Origin: a virus
Lineage: Duplodnaviria > Caudoviricetes
Reading direction: 5' to 3' (one strand)
Length of the DNA: 59,161 nt
Virus record (IMG/VR): IMGVR_UViG_3300030104_002956
Span: 1 to 59,161 of that record
The notes beneath the pieces are model-generated. The model was not told the DNA's origin. It saw nothing but the letters and a program-made list of their open reading frames with translations, and did no database searches. Made by a program: the position numbers and the translations under genes. Shown here piece after piece: positions 9,322 through 19,830 of this stretch; the stretch's first letter is position 1, and each line of letters starts with the position of its first letter.

Positions 9322-10746
9322 TTATTTAAACAATACGAAATTGTTTGCACCCATAACACATAGTGCTCTTTCTGATAAGAAATGAACTTCCATCACGTCT
9401 TTTCCAGTCGTTCTTGCACCACCAGCAGAACCAGTAACCCAAGTTTTATAACGTCTGTCTTCCATTTCTGAAGCTCTATATCTTACGTGTAAGAATGGTC
9501 TCTTAGCGTTTCTTCCTAATACTTGGTCATAAACGTTAGTTGAACCAGCTGGTACTAATACACCATCAATAGCTCCACCAACTAAACCACCTCTCATAGT
9601 AGGATCGTTAAGATATTTCCAATCTGTCTTATAGAAATCATATGCTCTTCTAAATCCAGTAAATCCTAGGTTTAATGCCATCTCTTCGTCATTATCAAAT
9701 AATCCGTAAGATGAACCACCAGCACCATAAGAATTCTGAGCAGCTAACATATCATCAATCTCAAAAGATGTTTGTCTGTTTAAGAAAAGAACATTTTCTT
9801 CAATAGCTCCTTGCTTATCTAATCTTTCAATAATAGAATCAAAATCAGATAAAGCAGTAATAGCTCCTGTAAAAATATTACCTCTTGATTCAATAGCAGA
9901 AAACAATCCTTCAGATCCTTTGACATCAGCAATAGCTCCTGATCCAGCTTCAGCTTTAACAGCTTCTACCATTGCAGTTTCTAAGTAGTCTTCAAACCTC
10001 ATTCTTGTTTCGTGCTCTGCTTTTAAATACCATAGGTATCCATCAGCTCCATCTTCAGTAGATACTTCTACCCACCCAATTTGAGCCATATCAGAACCGT
10101 TAACAGCATATTTATCTTTTATGATAATAGGGCTGTTTTCTAAAATAGTGTCAAATGGCTCTAATGAACCTTCCATTGCGTCAGCTCCTTTGTTAAATTC
10201 AGAACCATAAATGAAAACACTTACTCTTTCAGTTGCAGTTACGCCAGTACCAACACCAGTATATCCACCAGCTTCAAAAAGTTTTACTGTAAACTTGTCA
10301 TTTGGTAAATCAAGACTTGTGACAATACCTTTATTAGAAATACTAGCAAAACCAGCGTTTCCAGATATCATAACTGTTTGTCCTACTCTAATAGCGATTT
10401 GAGATGCTGTAGCTGGAGCCATAACTTGATTAGCAGGGATTAACACATCATCTACTTCAAATTCAACAGTATCAGCAGCAGCTGCATTAGCAGTTTTTAC
10501 GTCTGTATATTTAATGTGCAATCTACCTTGTTCTGCCCATTTAATAAGGTCAGAGTTAGAAGGCATCTCAGCACCCACCATTCTAAGGAATGAAGAAATA
10601 GTTCTATTACCATATCTTTCAAACTCCTTTTCATAGGTGTCTGGCAAGTATTGATTCAAAAAATCAAAACTTGTCATATAGTTTGTTGCGGTTGGCACTC
10701 TAGTAGCACTTGGCTGTAGAGCGAAACCTGGTATATTTAAACTCAT
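9322..10746 (-). CDS. Major capsid protein
   Basis: 474 aa after portal and scaffold and followed by a strong terminator. KWAEQGRLH, GSEGLF and HFLSERALCVMGANNF resemble crAss-related/flavobacterial podophage capsids. Confidence 0.85.
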   Translation of the reverse strand: MSLNIPGFALQPSATRVPTATNYMTSFDFLNQYLPDTYEKEFERYGNRTISSFLRMVGAEMPSNSDLIKWAEQGRLHIKYTDVKTANAAAADTVEFEVDDVLIPANQVMAPATASQIAIRVGQTVMISGNAGFASISNKGIVTSLDLPNDKFTVKLFEAGGYTGVGTGVTATERVSVFIYGSEFNKGADAMEGSLEPFDTILENSPIIIKDKYAVNGSDMAQIGWVEVSTEDGADGYLWYLKAEHETRMRFEDYLETAMVEAVKAEAGSGAIADVKGSEGLFSAIESRGNIFTGAITALSDFDSIIERLDKQGAIEENVLFLNRQTSFEIDDMLAAQNSYGAGGSSYGLFDNDEEMALNLGFTGFRRAYDFYKTDWKYLNDPTMRGGLVGGAIDGVLVPAGSTNVYDQVLGRNAKRPFLHVRYRASEMEDRRYKTWVTGSAGGARTTGKDVMEVHFLSERALCVMGANNFVLFK

Positions 10747-10770
10747 TGTTTTTTATTTTTAATGTTTAAC

Positions 10771-11916
10771 TTATTTATTTTTTGGTGACCTAATTGTCAA
10801 TCCTCGCCTAGACGAGGGAGTCGTAGCTTTAACACTAAATCCTTGTTTTGATGTCACTTGCGGAGTTTGCCTCATATCTAAATTTATATTTTTAGATTTT
10901 TTAGCAGACTCATTAACCGCTGATGCCACCCCTTGCTCGTAAAAATATTTTGCGAACTTTTCAGGATTCATTGCCATTGACAACGACTTGTGATATCCAA
11001 CTACATCAGATATCTCTCCTTGATCATTAGTAAACTTTGATATAAAGTTCATAATGTCAGATTGAGACTTCTTCAGTTCGTTGAAATCGCCAGGAGAATA
11101 AACATATTCTTTATCACTGATGTTAAACTTAAAACCTTTAAATTCTTCAGTAAACAATTTATTGGTGTTCTCCTGAAAGCTCTCTGCTCGCTTTTGGGCT
11201 AAGCTTTGAGCTTCCTTGGATTTCTCCACTTGTTCTTGATAGGCTTTTAACATTTGCTGGTCTTCATCAGAAATTTTAGTGCCCATTGACTCAACAGGAA
11301 CTTTGTATTTTTCTTTTTGACCTTCAAAGTGTTTCAAAGCCTTTGCAAGTTCTTTTTTCTTATCTATGTTTTTCTTTTTAATGTCATCTTCTGAATCCAC
11401 TTCTGGATCAGTTCCAAACTTAGAGTTAAGTAGATAGTCTATTTCATCTCTATCTAAACCTTCTTCCATCTCTGCGTAGTACATAGATAATACTTGATCA
11501 GGACTTTCTTTACTATAATCTCTACTAATTTTAGCAAAGTCTTCAAATCCTCGACCAGTCTCTTTTTTGTATTGTAAGTAAGTAGCTACATCTGCTGGTA
11601 ACTCTTCTTGCTCTCTTTTAGCAAGTAAGTCATCAATAGACTCTACCTCCTTACTATACTTTTCCCTAATAAATGAAAGAACTTCTTGTTCCCCCATTTG
11701 TGGCCTTTCTTCCACAACGGGTTCTTCTTTTACGGTTTCTTCAGTTTTAGTAGGTTCTTCTGTTTTATTAGTTGCTTCTACCTTAACTGCTTCTACCTTA
11801 GTTTCTTCTGCACTCTCACCGCTTACTTCGGCTTCGTGCTTTTGTAATAATTCTTCTTCTACTTGTGCCTTAGACTTTTGCGGTCCAGCATCGTACTCTT
11901 TTACTTTAATTTCCAT
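10771..11916 (-). CDS. Putative scaffolding protein
   Basis: Highly acidic, helical ORF between portal and capsid genes. Confidence 0.65.
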   Translation of the reverse strand: MEIKVKEYDAGPQKSKAQVEEELLQKHEAEVSGESAEETKVEAVKVEATNKTEEPTKTEETVKEEPVVEERPQMGEQEVLSFIREKYSKEVESIDDLLAKREQEELPADVATYLQYKKETGRGFEDFAKISRDYSKESPDQVLSMYYAEMEEGLDRDEIDYLLNSKFGTDPEVDSEDDIKKKNIDKKKELAKALKHFEGQKEKYKVPVESMGTKISDEDQQMLKAYQEQVEKSKEAQSLAQKRAESFQENTNKLFTEEFKGFKFNISDKEYVYSPGDFNELKKSQSDIMNFISKFTNDQGEISDVVGYHKSLSMAMNPEKFAKYFYEQGVASAVNESAKKSKNINLDMRQTPQVTSKQGFSVKATTPSSRRGLTIRSPKNK

Positions 11917-11935
11917 TTGATTTGATTTTATTATG

Positions 11936-11943
11936 CAAAGTTA
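11936..11943 (-). promoter_or_regulatory. Bacteroidota-type -7 promoter box TAACTTTG
   Basis: TAnnTTTG upstream of the scaffold/capsid genes. Confidence 0.65.
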
Positions 11944-11961
11944 CTAATTATTTTATTTATT

Positions 11962-14397
11962 TTATCTGGGTTCAAACTCTGCTAAATCAAACCCATCTAA
12001 ACTATCTTCTTTGGACTCAAAATTAATTGGAGGTAAATCTTTTTTTCTCTGATTAATTAATTGAGACTGCTCCGTATTTTGTTGACTTATTCTATCAGAC
12101 TTTGCTTTTTCTCTACCTTCTTCCCTTTTGTTTATTTGACTTTCTTCAACACCTTTTAGCTGCATATTAAGTTGGAACTCATAAGTCATTAACTGTTGTT
12201 TAAGAGCTGCTTCATTTTTCAACTTCTCTATCTCAAAAGCAACCTCTGCTTGTTTCTCTCTCATTTTCATTTCACCCTCTAACTGTATTTTTTGTTGTGC
12301 TGCTTGAGCGGATATTTGCTGAGACTGGAACTGTGTTTGTGCAGTCATCTGTTGTTTTAATGCTTCTGCTTCTCTATCAGCATCTTGCTTTCTTTTTCTT
12401 TTAAGTTTTAATAACTGATTAGCCATTTTAAGATTTCTTACTTCTCTAATATCAATAGCATCTTCTAAATTAATATCGTTTTTAGATAATGCCATTTGAA
12501 TATTTTGCTCTAGCATTGCTTTTTCCTCCTCATCTGGAGCTACTTCAATAAATATTCCAAAGTCATATAAATACAAGTCTTTAATATCTTCTATTCTATC
12601 TACATTGTACTTTCCTATTTGATTAGCAAACTCTTCCTTAAATGGAGCAAACTCTAGTAAGTCAGCTATTCTTAAGGACAACCCTTCAGCAATAGTTCTA
12701 CTTATATATAAACTTCCTTCTAGTATATGTCTTGTAGCTGTATTAGAGTTTAGTGCTGCTAATTTTTGAACACCTACCAATGCATTTGGATCAGGAGTAG
12801 AACCATCTCTAGCTTCATTTAATCCAGTTACTGCTCTAATCATCCCTAAATAATGATTGTAGTTTCCAATAAGTGCAGCCATTTTAGACTGACCACTACT
12901 AGTATTAAGTTGCTGTATAGGAACTCTAGCATTATTAAACTCACCATCTTGAGTATAACTTCTACCTACCACACTACCTGTTTGAAAATAAAGCCTTAGA
13001 GCATCTTCAGGATTATAGGCTTGACCAGTACCTAAGTCTACTTCATTTAATCCATCAGCGTCTATAAATACACCATCTGGAACCATTTTAGATACTACTT
13101 GTTGTAGTTTTAAGTGTGTAATTTGTATTTGGTCTGCAAAAGGAATCATTCTTCTTACTAACGATTCTATGTTTCCTTTATACATTCTTGGAGCACAAGC
13201 CACATAATTAGGCATTGCGTGTTGAGATGCTGACTTAGGTCGGACCATATTTTTAGCCATCTCCCACTTTAACATAATATTAGAGCCAGCTACCATAATG
13301 CCTTCATACCAAACCTCAATAGTTTTTTCTACTCTCTCAAACTTACCCTCTTTCATCATTTCTGTTGGTGGATTGAAACTATCGTCTTTTTCAATCATTC
13401 TTTCTCCACCACCTTCTAACATCTTTTTCTTATATACAAACTTCTTAGTGGTTTTATAATTAAAATATAATAATGTAGCAGTGTCTTTATAAAACAAACT
13501 GTTTTCATAAAATCTATTAATATTGTAATAATCATACCAACCTTGACTGTATTGAGATATCTTTTTTAAGTCTTCATTAGTTAAATCAGGGTCAATCTTA
13601 ATAAGCTCTGCAATGGGCATTGTTTTAATCTCACCCCAATAAAAACAATCTTTAAAATGCGGGTCCTCTGTATAACTATACACTACATTAGCTGGATCAA
13701 CATAATCTACCTCAATACCACTGCCTGGTAAAAACTGATGTTTAGCCATACCTACACCTAAAACAGTCATATCATAATCTACTCTTCTTTTTACATCTAA
13801 GTAGTGATTTTCATCTAGTATGGTATTAATAGCTTCTTCTTCAGCCACTTCAATAGATGGCTTATATTTTAGTTGCATATGTAATTGAAGTTCTTCATCA
13901 TTTTCTGGAAGATCTTCTACATCTGTCATAAATGGGTTGATACCGAAAGATTCTTGGAAGTCACTAAAGATATCTTTATTAAGCATATCTCTTTCAACTA
14001 ACTTCTGGTATTTGTTTCTGTGTTCACTTGATAAAGCATCTTGAGCATATGCTTTTACGTGGAATAATCTGTTAGACATTCCATTGACAACAATGTCTAC
14101 AAACTTAGGAAGGATGGGAACTGGAGTCCAATCCAAATTTAAATAAGATAAATCACCATCAATAGCTAATTCATTTTTGTATTTAGCTACTGATTGCTCA
14201 CCTCTTGCATATCTTCTTAATTGATTAAAAGATTGGAGCTGACTATAGTATCTACAGCTACCTCCACCTTTTCTAAACCACTCATACTGAATGGCCTGAC
14301 CTACCTGTAATCCATACTCCATTGTTGCTTTTTCAGCATCAGTGGCAAATTGATTTGGAAAACCTGCGGGGTTTAGTAATATCTCAACGTCTTTCAT
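11962..14397 (-). CDS. Portal protein
   Basis: 811 aa directly after terminase; PILPKFVDIVVNG and TGLNEARDG motifs; long Q-rich C-terminal coiled coil typical of podovirus portals. Confidence 0.85.
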   Translation of the reverse strand: MKDVEILLNPAGFPNQFATDAEKATMEYGLQVGQAIQYEWFRKGGGSCRYYSQLQSFNQLRRYARGEQSVAKYKNELAIDGDLSYLNLDWTPVPILPKFVDIVVNGMSNRLFHVKAYAQDALSSEHRNKYQKLVERDMLNKDIFSDFQESFGINPFMTDVEDLPENDEELQLHMQLKYKPSIEVAEEEAINTILDENHYLDVKRRVDYDMTVLGVGMAKHQFLPGSGIEVDYVDPANVVYSYTEDPHFKDCFYWGEIKTMPIAELIKIDPDLTNEDLKKISQYSQGWYDYYNINRFYENSLFYKDTATLLYFNYKTTKKFVYKKKMLEGGGERMIEKDDSFNPPTEMMKEGKFERVEKTIEVWYEGIMVAGSNIMLKWEMAKNMVRPKSASQHAMPNYVACAPRMYKGNIESLVRRMIPFADQIQITHLKLQQVVSKMVPDGVFIDADGLNEVDLGTGQAYNPEDALRLYFQTGSVVGRSYTQDGEFNNARVPIQQLNTSSGQSKMAALIGNYNHYLGMIRAVTGLNEARDGSTPDPNALVGVQKLAALNSNTATRHILEGSLYISRTIAEGLSLRIADLLEFAPFKEEFANQIGKYNVDRIEDIKDLYLYDFGIFIEVAPDEEEKAMLEQNIQMALSKNDINLEDAIDIREVRNLKMANQLLKLKRKRKQDADREAEALKQQMTAQTQFQSQQISAQAAQQKIQLEGEMKMREKQAEVAFEIEKLKNEAALKQQLMTYEFQLNMQLKGVEESQINKREEGREKAKSDRISQQNTEQSQLINQRKKDLPPINFESKEDSLDGFDLAEFEPR

Positions 14398-16632
14398 TTA
14401 TTTTAGTAATTCGCTTAAATTCCCCTTATTAGCATATCTTGCAAAGTTAATGCTTATTTTTGACTCTTTTTTGACAGGAGTATATAAATGTTTTTGATTA
14501 GCCATAATAGCTAATCCTGAGCTAATTGTAGCATCAAATTTAGTTCTTTTGTTAATATCAAAACGAGCCCAATCTTCTAGAGTTCTTGTAAAGTACATTG
14601 AGCCCATTTCATCCATTGGTCTAAACTGTTCTGATAAATCTAAACCAACATATTTTTCTATATAAGATTCAATGGCTGAAGCGTGAGACTGTTTTACATC
14701 TTCTGAAGTATTAGGAATACCGCCCAGCTCTTTTTCTGTTTTAGATAGTTTATTAAATTGTTTATCAGGTCTATTCATACAATAACCACGATAGCCTCTG
14801 TTTTTAAAATGATATAGTAATCTAGGTTTGTTATTTTCACAAAGTATAGGCATACCATAAAATATGCAAGCCATTAACACTTCTTCAAAAAATATCTCTG
14901 CTGTTTGTGGCCTAGCTACATATTCTAAAAAAAATTCATTGGTTGGAGCATCATCCATATGAAACTTAGTCATTCCGTGTAAAGCTCCATTAGATCCTTT
15001 TCCCCCTACTGTTCCAGAAATGTCATAACTATCACAACCAAAAGAACCAAGGTGTTCATTGCCAGGATAATACCTTCCATTTCTTTGTTCTTTCCTGTTT
15101 TGTAATTGTTGTTTAGGAAGCCAACTAACTAAAAATCTACCACTTTTATTTGGGCTCCATATTACTCTAGAATCTTGGACACCATTCTCCCAAAAGAAAC
15201 TACCTCTTGTCAAATACCTTGCTTTGATTAAACCATCATTATAATCTATTTGTTGGTATAATTTAGTTAAGTTAAATAATGATTGTTTACTTTCATCTCT
15301 AAATGCGTGAGACTCTGTTCTAGGAAATTGACGATAAAATTCATTAAGTGCATCAGCATCATTTTTTAAAGAGTCTACCTCATTCTCCCAATAATTAATA
15401 GACCCTGTAGTAATATACTCTCCATCGTTTCCTTGAACAGCTATTTCTGGAGTGTTTAAAACAGGCATACCATACTTATCTAAATAACCTTCAAAATTCC
15501 ATTCCATAGGAATAAATAAAGAATATAAACCAGATTTAGTTTGACCATTAGCATTTCTGTTTTTTACGTCAGAATCATAGTATAGTTTTTTAAAATTATT
15601 ACCTCCTTTATCTAGCGCATTTGATGTAGAGCCCATCATACATTTCCCAATAATTTTACTACCTAATCTCAAACAAGTTTTTGTTACACGCCAGTTATTT
15701 AGTATATTCTCAGGCTTTTCCCACTTACCACTTTCATCGTGAATAAGTAGTTGTAGTTTCTCACCATCATAAGAGTTGTCAGAAGTGTTACGCCAATCAA
15801 TAGTAGTATCTAAACCTTCAAGTTCTTGATTATCAGTAAGATACATATTTCTTTTAGTAATCTTACTAGCAGGAACACGATAAGATAATTCTGTCTTTGG
15901 TTTATCCATACCATCTTGAATAGGTTTAAAAAAGAAAGGATAATTATTAGATATAGGAACTATTTTATCTGTAAACATTTTCTTGGCATCAGTACCTGTT
16001 TTAGATAGCACACCTACTCTAGCATCTTTAGATATAGTAGCTGTATTAACTGTTTCTGCTGATCCCATAAATGAAAAACCAGAACGTCTTATTTTTAAAT
16101 AACACATTCCAAAACTTCTTTTATCTGCTTTACAAGCTTCCCAAAATAAAAAGAATATTCTATTGGCTTCCCTAAATTCAGGATGACCTACATCAATTTT
16201 AGTCCATTGTAAATAACAATAATGAGTACCTGTAATATAGGTAGGTATATTATTATTATTAAACCAAAAACCTTCTTCTCTTCTATCAAACTCTTGCTCT
16301 ATATAACTTACCCAAGCGTCTTTAAATGAAGACGGCATTTCATTCCATTGAAATATAGACTTTATTTTAGATAGTGCTTTGGGATACTCAAAAGGTTGCC
16401 AACATTTTTCTTTATTAGAGTAACACTTAGATGGTGTTTTAGGTAGTCCTACTTTTAGTCCTTGAATCTCATAGATGTCACCTAGTGTTCCATCTTTAGA
16501 AATAACTACAATATCATACTTTTCATTGTAACCATATTCCCAGTTTTTGGCTTTATTTTTTTTAGCCATAGCTGTTTTTGGTACAATATCCTGTACGACT
16601 TTATATAAACTATTTCGATCTTCTCTCTGCAA
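14398..16632 (-). CDS. terL: Terminase large subunit
   Basis: KIRRSGFS Walker-A variant, LLIHDESGK Walker B, GSTSN motif, GCDSYD nuclease Asp, CENN, and C-terminal FDATISSG. Confidence 0.9.
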   Translation of the reverse strand: MQREDRNSLYKVVQDIVPKTAMAKKNKAKNWEYGYNEKYDIVVISKDGTLGDIYEIQGLKVGLPKTPSKCYSNKEKCWQPFEYPKALSKIKSIFQWNEMPSSFKDAWVSYIEQEFDRREEGFWFNNNNIPTYITGTHYCYLQWTKIDVGHPEFREANRIFFLFWEACKADKRSFGMCYLKIRRSGFSFMGSAETVNTATISKDARVGVLSKTGTDAKKMFTDKIVPISNNYPFFFKPIQDGMDKPKTELSYRVPASKITKRNMYLTDNQELEGLDTTIDWRNTSDNSYDGEKLQLLIHDESGKWEKPENILNNWRVTKTCLRLGSKIIGKCMMGSTSNALDKGGNNFKKLYYDSDVKNRNANGQTKSGLYSLFIPMEWNFEGYLDKYGMPVLNTPEIAVQGNDGEYITTGSINYWENEVDSLKNDADALNEFYRQFPRTESHAFRDESKQSLFNLTKLYQQIDYNDGLIKARYLTRGSFFWENGVQDSRVIWSPNKSGRFLVSWLPKQQLQNRKEQRNGRYYPGNEHLGSFGCDSYDISGTVGGKGSNGALHGMTKFHMDDAPTNEFFLEYVARPQTAEIFFEEVLMACIFYGMPILCENNKPRLLYHFKNRGYRGYCMNRPDKQFNKLSKTEKELGGIPNTSEDVKQSHASAIESYIEKYVGLDLSEQFRPMDEMGSMYFTRTLEDWARFDINKRTKFDATISSGLAIMANQKHLYTPVKKESKISINFARYANKGNLSELLK

Positions 16633-16876
16633 ATCCTTGGTTAGTACTAGTTTTGTTCACACTGTTTAAAGCCTCTTCTTCTGCATCAATACGATTTAAT
16701 ATTTCAAACGCATCAAAGATGGCTAGTTTTTTTGTAGCTGCTGCATTTTTTAATCTGTCTGCTGCCAGCTCATCATCTGGGTCAGGTTTAATAATCTTTT
16801 CTTCAGCTACTTTAATTAGTTGGTCTACTGCTTTTCTTCCTGCTTGAATTATTTTTAATTTAATTTCTTTACTCAT
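16610..16876 (-). CDS. Possible terminase small subunit
   Basis: Short helical ORF overlapping the terL start; positional inference only. Confidence 0.4.
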   Translation of the reverse strand: MSKEIKLKIIQAGRKAVDQLIKVAEEKIIKPDPDDELAADRLKNAAATKKLAIFDAFEILNRIDAEEEALNSVNKTSTNQGFAERRSK

Positions 16877-17436
16877 AACGTCATTGTTATATTCTTAGAT
16901 TTCATTCTGTATAGTGTTTGATCATCTATTTTAAACTCATACTCTGACTCTGGTTTAAAACAAACTTTATCTCCTTTTTTAACACCTAATTCAGTAAGTA
17001 TATCATTAGTAACTTCAATAGTTCCTGTAAGTGGTTGATAAGTGTCATTATTAAATATAACAGATTTTTCTTTAGAAGATGGTTTTACAAAACAATAATC
17101 TAAATGTGACTTCCATTGACCATCTTGCTTGTACATAAAAAACTGAGTAGGTTCTACTATAAACAAGTTGTCTTTTAAAAAACTTCTACCACTCCTTTCT
17201 CTGCCTTTCATATCATTATAATACTTAAATACATTGTGGTGAACAACCAATATATCTCCTACTTTTACCTCACCATCATAGTTTATTGGAGTACATACTA
17301 CATTAGCAAAACGATTAGATGCAGTATGGTCTTCTTTAGAAGAACTAGTAATAAAATCAACATCTCCTATTTTTTTTACATTATCGTACCTGGTATTTTT
17401 TACTGGTGTCACGATAAAACCAAAAGGTGACTTCAT
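16873..17436 (-). CDS. Tandem (two-domain) GroES/Cpn10-like protein
   Basis: Two GroES-like halves: FIVTP...VKVGDILVVHHN and YCFVKP...GVKKGDKVCF...EFKIDDQTLYRM. Confidence 0.65.
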   Translation of the reverse strand: MKSPFGFIVTPVKNTRYDNVKKIGDVDFITSSSKEDHTASNRFANVVCTPINYDGEVKVGDILVVHHNVFKYYNDMKGRERSGRSFLKDNLFIVEPTQFFMYKQDGQWKSHLDYCFVKPSSKEKSVIFNNDTYQPLTGTIEVTNDILTELGVKKGDKVCFKPESEYEFKIDDQTLYRMKSKNITMTL

Positions 17437-17437
17437 A

Positions 17438-17656
17438 CTAAAAGTTAATATTATATTCTACAGATACGGGAATGGTTGCATTAAAACTTTTCCAAAGAAC
17501 AATTTCATTGTCTCTAATAATCCAAATTTTAAAACAGTTTTTTTCTTGTCTTATATGATGTATGGTATAATTACCTCCTAGAACATCTTGTCCAATAAGG
17601 TAGTGCATTGCTCCAGACTTATAGTCAGGACCAATTGATATTTTCCTAATTTCCAT
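17438..17656 (-). CDS. Hypothetical protein
   Basis: 72-aa ORF tightly packed in the operon (IRKISIGPDYK). Confidence 0.7.
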   Translation of the reverse strand: MEIRKISIGPDYKSGAMHYLIGQDVLGGNYTIHHIRQEKNCFKIWIIRDNEIVLWKSFNATIPVSVEYNINF

Positions 17657-17667
17657 TTCATTTGATT

Positions 17668-18834
17668 TTATGCTTGCTCGTATAAAGCCATATAATACTT
17701 AGTTGAGCCTATTTGCACTTCTATAAACTTAGCTGGAGCTTGTCCAGTTCCTAATCCATTTACATTTCCAGAGTCTGTAGTAGATAATAAGGGATATGTA
17801 GCACTACCCAACGCTAGGTTTGCTACAGTATTAGTGGCTCCTCTTCCTAAAGCAATACCACCTCCAGTTGCCGAAGCACTATCACCAACAGCAACTGAAC
17901 TAGTGCTAGCAACAGTGTTTTTTCCTATTGCAACAGCAGCATTAACACTATTAGCGTTAGCATCAGCACCTGCACCTAATATGACATTACCAGCTCCTGT
18001 TGTTAAAGTATCTCCAGAATCCGCACCTATTAAAGTATTAGTGCTTCCTATTGTAACCCCTATTCCTGCATTAGTACCTATTAAAGTATTACTTGATGCT
18101 GATGTGGTAGCAATTCCTGCTCCTTCACCTACTGCAGTTGTTTTAGTAGGGGTTCCAACTAATCCACTAGGAGTTCCATTTCCAATATACATTGATGCAT
18201 CGTTGGTAGATGATGGAAAAGATACATTAGATAAATCTCCTATAGAAGAAGATCCAGTTATAGCGCCTGTTCCATTTCCTTTTAATACACCTGTAAGAGT
18301 AGTAGCTCCTGTTCCTCCGTCTGCAACAGCTAAAGTTCCTGTTATTGAAGAAGCTCCTAAATCTACTGCTAATTCTGTTGATTCTATAACTAAACCACCA
18401 TTAGCTTTTAAGTCAGTGCTAAATTCAGAACCTGTTAAGTCTAAACCATCTCCTGCGGTATAGGGGGTTCCTGATCCTCCAGCACCCCATTCTAATCCAG
18501 TTGCACCTGAATTAACTTTCAACACTTGACCTGCTGTTCCAATAGACGTTAACCCAGTTCCTCCATTTGCTGTTGCTAAAGTGCCACCTATAGTAAATGT
18601 GCCTGTTGTAGTTATTGGACTTGTTGTGTCACTTGTTATAGTAAGACCTGTTGTTCCACCACTTAACCCAACACTAGTAACTGTACCTGAACCAGATCCT
18701 GCATACAAATCAGCTATACTTTGTAAAGTAAAAGTCTTAGTTTCTTTAGATGATGCATCAGTGCCTATTACATAATCTGTACCTGCAGGGCTTCCTTTAG
18801 TTGGGTAGTTAGTAGTGTTACTTATTTTAGCCAT
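17668..18834 (-). CDS. Tail fibre-like protein
   Basis: G/T-rich fibre repeats (GTVTSVG, TLATANGGTG, YTAGDGLDL) and YadA-head-like NTLIG/AVAIG repeats. Confidence 0.7.
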   Translation of the reverse strand: MAKISNTTNYPTKGSPAGTDYVIGTDASSKETKTFTLQSIADLYAGSGSGTVTSVGLSGGTTGLTITSDTTSPITTTGTFTIGGTLATANGGTGLTSIGTAGQVLKVNSGATGLEWGAGGSGTPYTAGDGLDLTGSEFSTDLKANGGLVIESTELAVDLGASSITGTLAVADGGTGATTLTGVLKGNGTGAITGSSSIGDLSNVSFPSSTNDASMYIGNGTPSGLVGTPTKTTAVGEGAGIATTSASSNTLIGTNAGIGVTIGSTNTLIGADSGDTLTTGAGNVILGAGADANANSVNAAVAIGKNTVASTSSVAVGDSASATGGGIALGRGATNTVANLALGSATYPLLSTTDSGNVNGLGTGQAPAKFIEVQIGSTKYYMALYEQA

Positions 18835-19057
18835 TTTCTTTTTGTGTTACTGTTCCGTGTTCTAAGTTAATTACAGAGTTTTCTCCGTATTTCTTTATTA
18901 ATTCGTTTTCAAGTGATTCAAATTCAACTCTTATTGAATCGACTCTTTTAAGAACTGAATTTTTTTGTATTGCCAGTTCTCCTAATTGTACTTTAAGTGA
19001 TTGAAACTCTGAGTTTAAATCTCTCAAAGATTTTAATTCTTTTTCTTCTAATTTCAT
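18827..19057 (-). CDS. Small coiled-coil protein (possible fibre chaperone)
   Basis: Start revised to MKLEEKE at 19057, downstream of a promoter box; heptad pattern ending KKYGENSVINLEHG. Confidence 0.6.
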   Translation of the reverse strand: MKLEEKELKSLRDLNSEFQSLKVQLGELAIQKNSVLKRVDSIRVEFESLENELIKKYGENSVINLEHGTVTQKENG

Positions 19058-19076
19058 TTGATTTAATTTATATTTA

Positions 19077-19084
19077 CAAAGATA
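19077..19084 (-). promoter_or_regulatory. Bacteroidota-type -7 promoter box TATCTTTG
   Basis: TAnnTTTG just after the holin stop codon. Confidence 0.6.
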
Positions 19085-19085
19085 A

Positions 19086-19535
19086 TCATTTTCTCCTTGA
19101 TGCTGAAGAACCATAGAAATAACCGAAAATACTCAACACGATTCCCTCTGTTACCCCGATTAAATGAATCCAAATTTCTTTGTTATGCTCAGGAACCTGT
19201 AAGTAAACAATGGCATAAACTAAGAAAGAAAAACAAGAAAGCCCAACCAAACCTGTTAAATTAAACATTAGGTCAAACTTTCCTGCTTTTGCTAACTCAA
19301 CTTCTCGTTCTCTAGCTGAATCTCTATCATCTACTTCTAACTTGTAAAGCTCTACTACTTGCTGATGAATTTGGTCTTTTTCTTCTGGTGTTAAATCAGG
19401 GTCTTTACTGATAATATTTTTAACGATTCCGAGGGTTCCAGACGAAGGCAAAACGTCTCCAACAATGTCTAGTACTTTTGGTGCTTTATCTTTTAGAAAT
19501 TGACCTAATTTAGTGTCTTTTAGTTTTTTTTTCAT
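19086..19535 (-). CDS. Putative holin
   Basis: DRDSAREREV followed by two transmembrane segments and GYFYGSS; in the lysis cassette. Confidence 0.7.
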   Translation of the reverse strand: MKKKLKDTKLGQFLKDKAPKVLDIVGDVLPSSGTLGIVKNIISKDPDLTPEEKDQIHQQVVELYKLEVDDRDSAREREVELAKAGKFDLMFNLTGLVGLSCFSFLVYAIVYLQVPEHNKEIWIHLIGVTEGIVLSIFGYFYGSSASRRK

Positions 19536-19645
19536 CCTGAACAGCTTTCACAAGTTTCATCGTGTATGTCACACGTTCTTTCTGGAACTGGTTTGTTTTC
19601 TAATTTTTCTAGCATTTTTTGAAATTCTGTTTTTTCTTCTATCAT
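19532..19645 (-). CDS. 37-aa peptide ending CDIHDETCESCSG (not in ORF track)
   Basis: MIEEKTEFQKMLEKLENKPVPERTCDIHDETCESCSG; ATGA overlaps with both neighbours. Confidence 0.7.
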   Translation of the reverse strand: MIEEKTEFQKMLEKLENKPVPERTCDIHDETCESCSG

Positions 19646-19830
19646 TTGTGTAAAAATAAACCTTCTATAAATGTTCCTATTCCTGTTAAAAGCACTGCTA
19701 TGGATGTCCAGAACTTCTTTTCTAAACTTCTGATTCTTTTTTCGTGGTCATTTTTTTGTTTGCTAATTTCTGTTAGCTGATTTTGCATTACTGCCTGACC
19801 TTGTAAAAGTTGATTAATTTTCTCTTCCAT
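19642..19830 (-). CDS. Small coiled-coil protein with C-terminal TM (XhlA/holin-like)
   Basis: MEEKINQLL...HEKRIRSLEKKFW followed by a TM segment; start revised to 19830. Confidence 0.55.
   Translation of the reverse strand: MEEKINQLLQGQAVMQNQLTEISKQKNDHEKRIRSLEKKFWTSIAVLLTGIGTFIEGLFLHK

Noticed and set aside
17834-18463. 209-aa plus-strand ORF and other antisense ORFs (3677, 34172, 37114, 54780, 56331, etc.)
   Set aside because: Shadow frames opposite well-supported genes; no motifs or suitable leaders.
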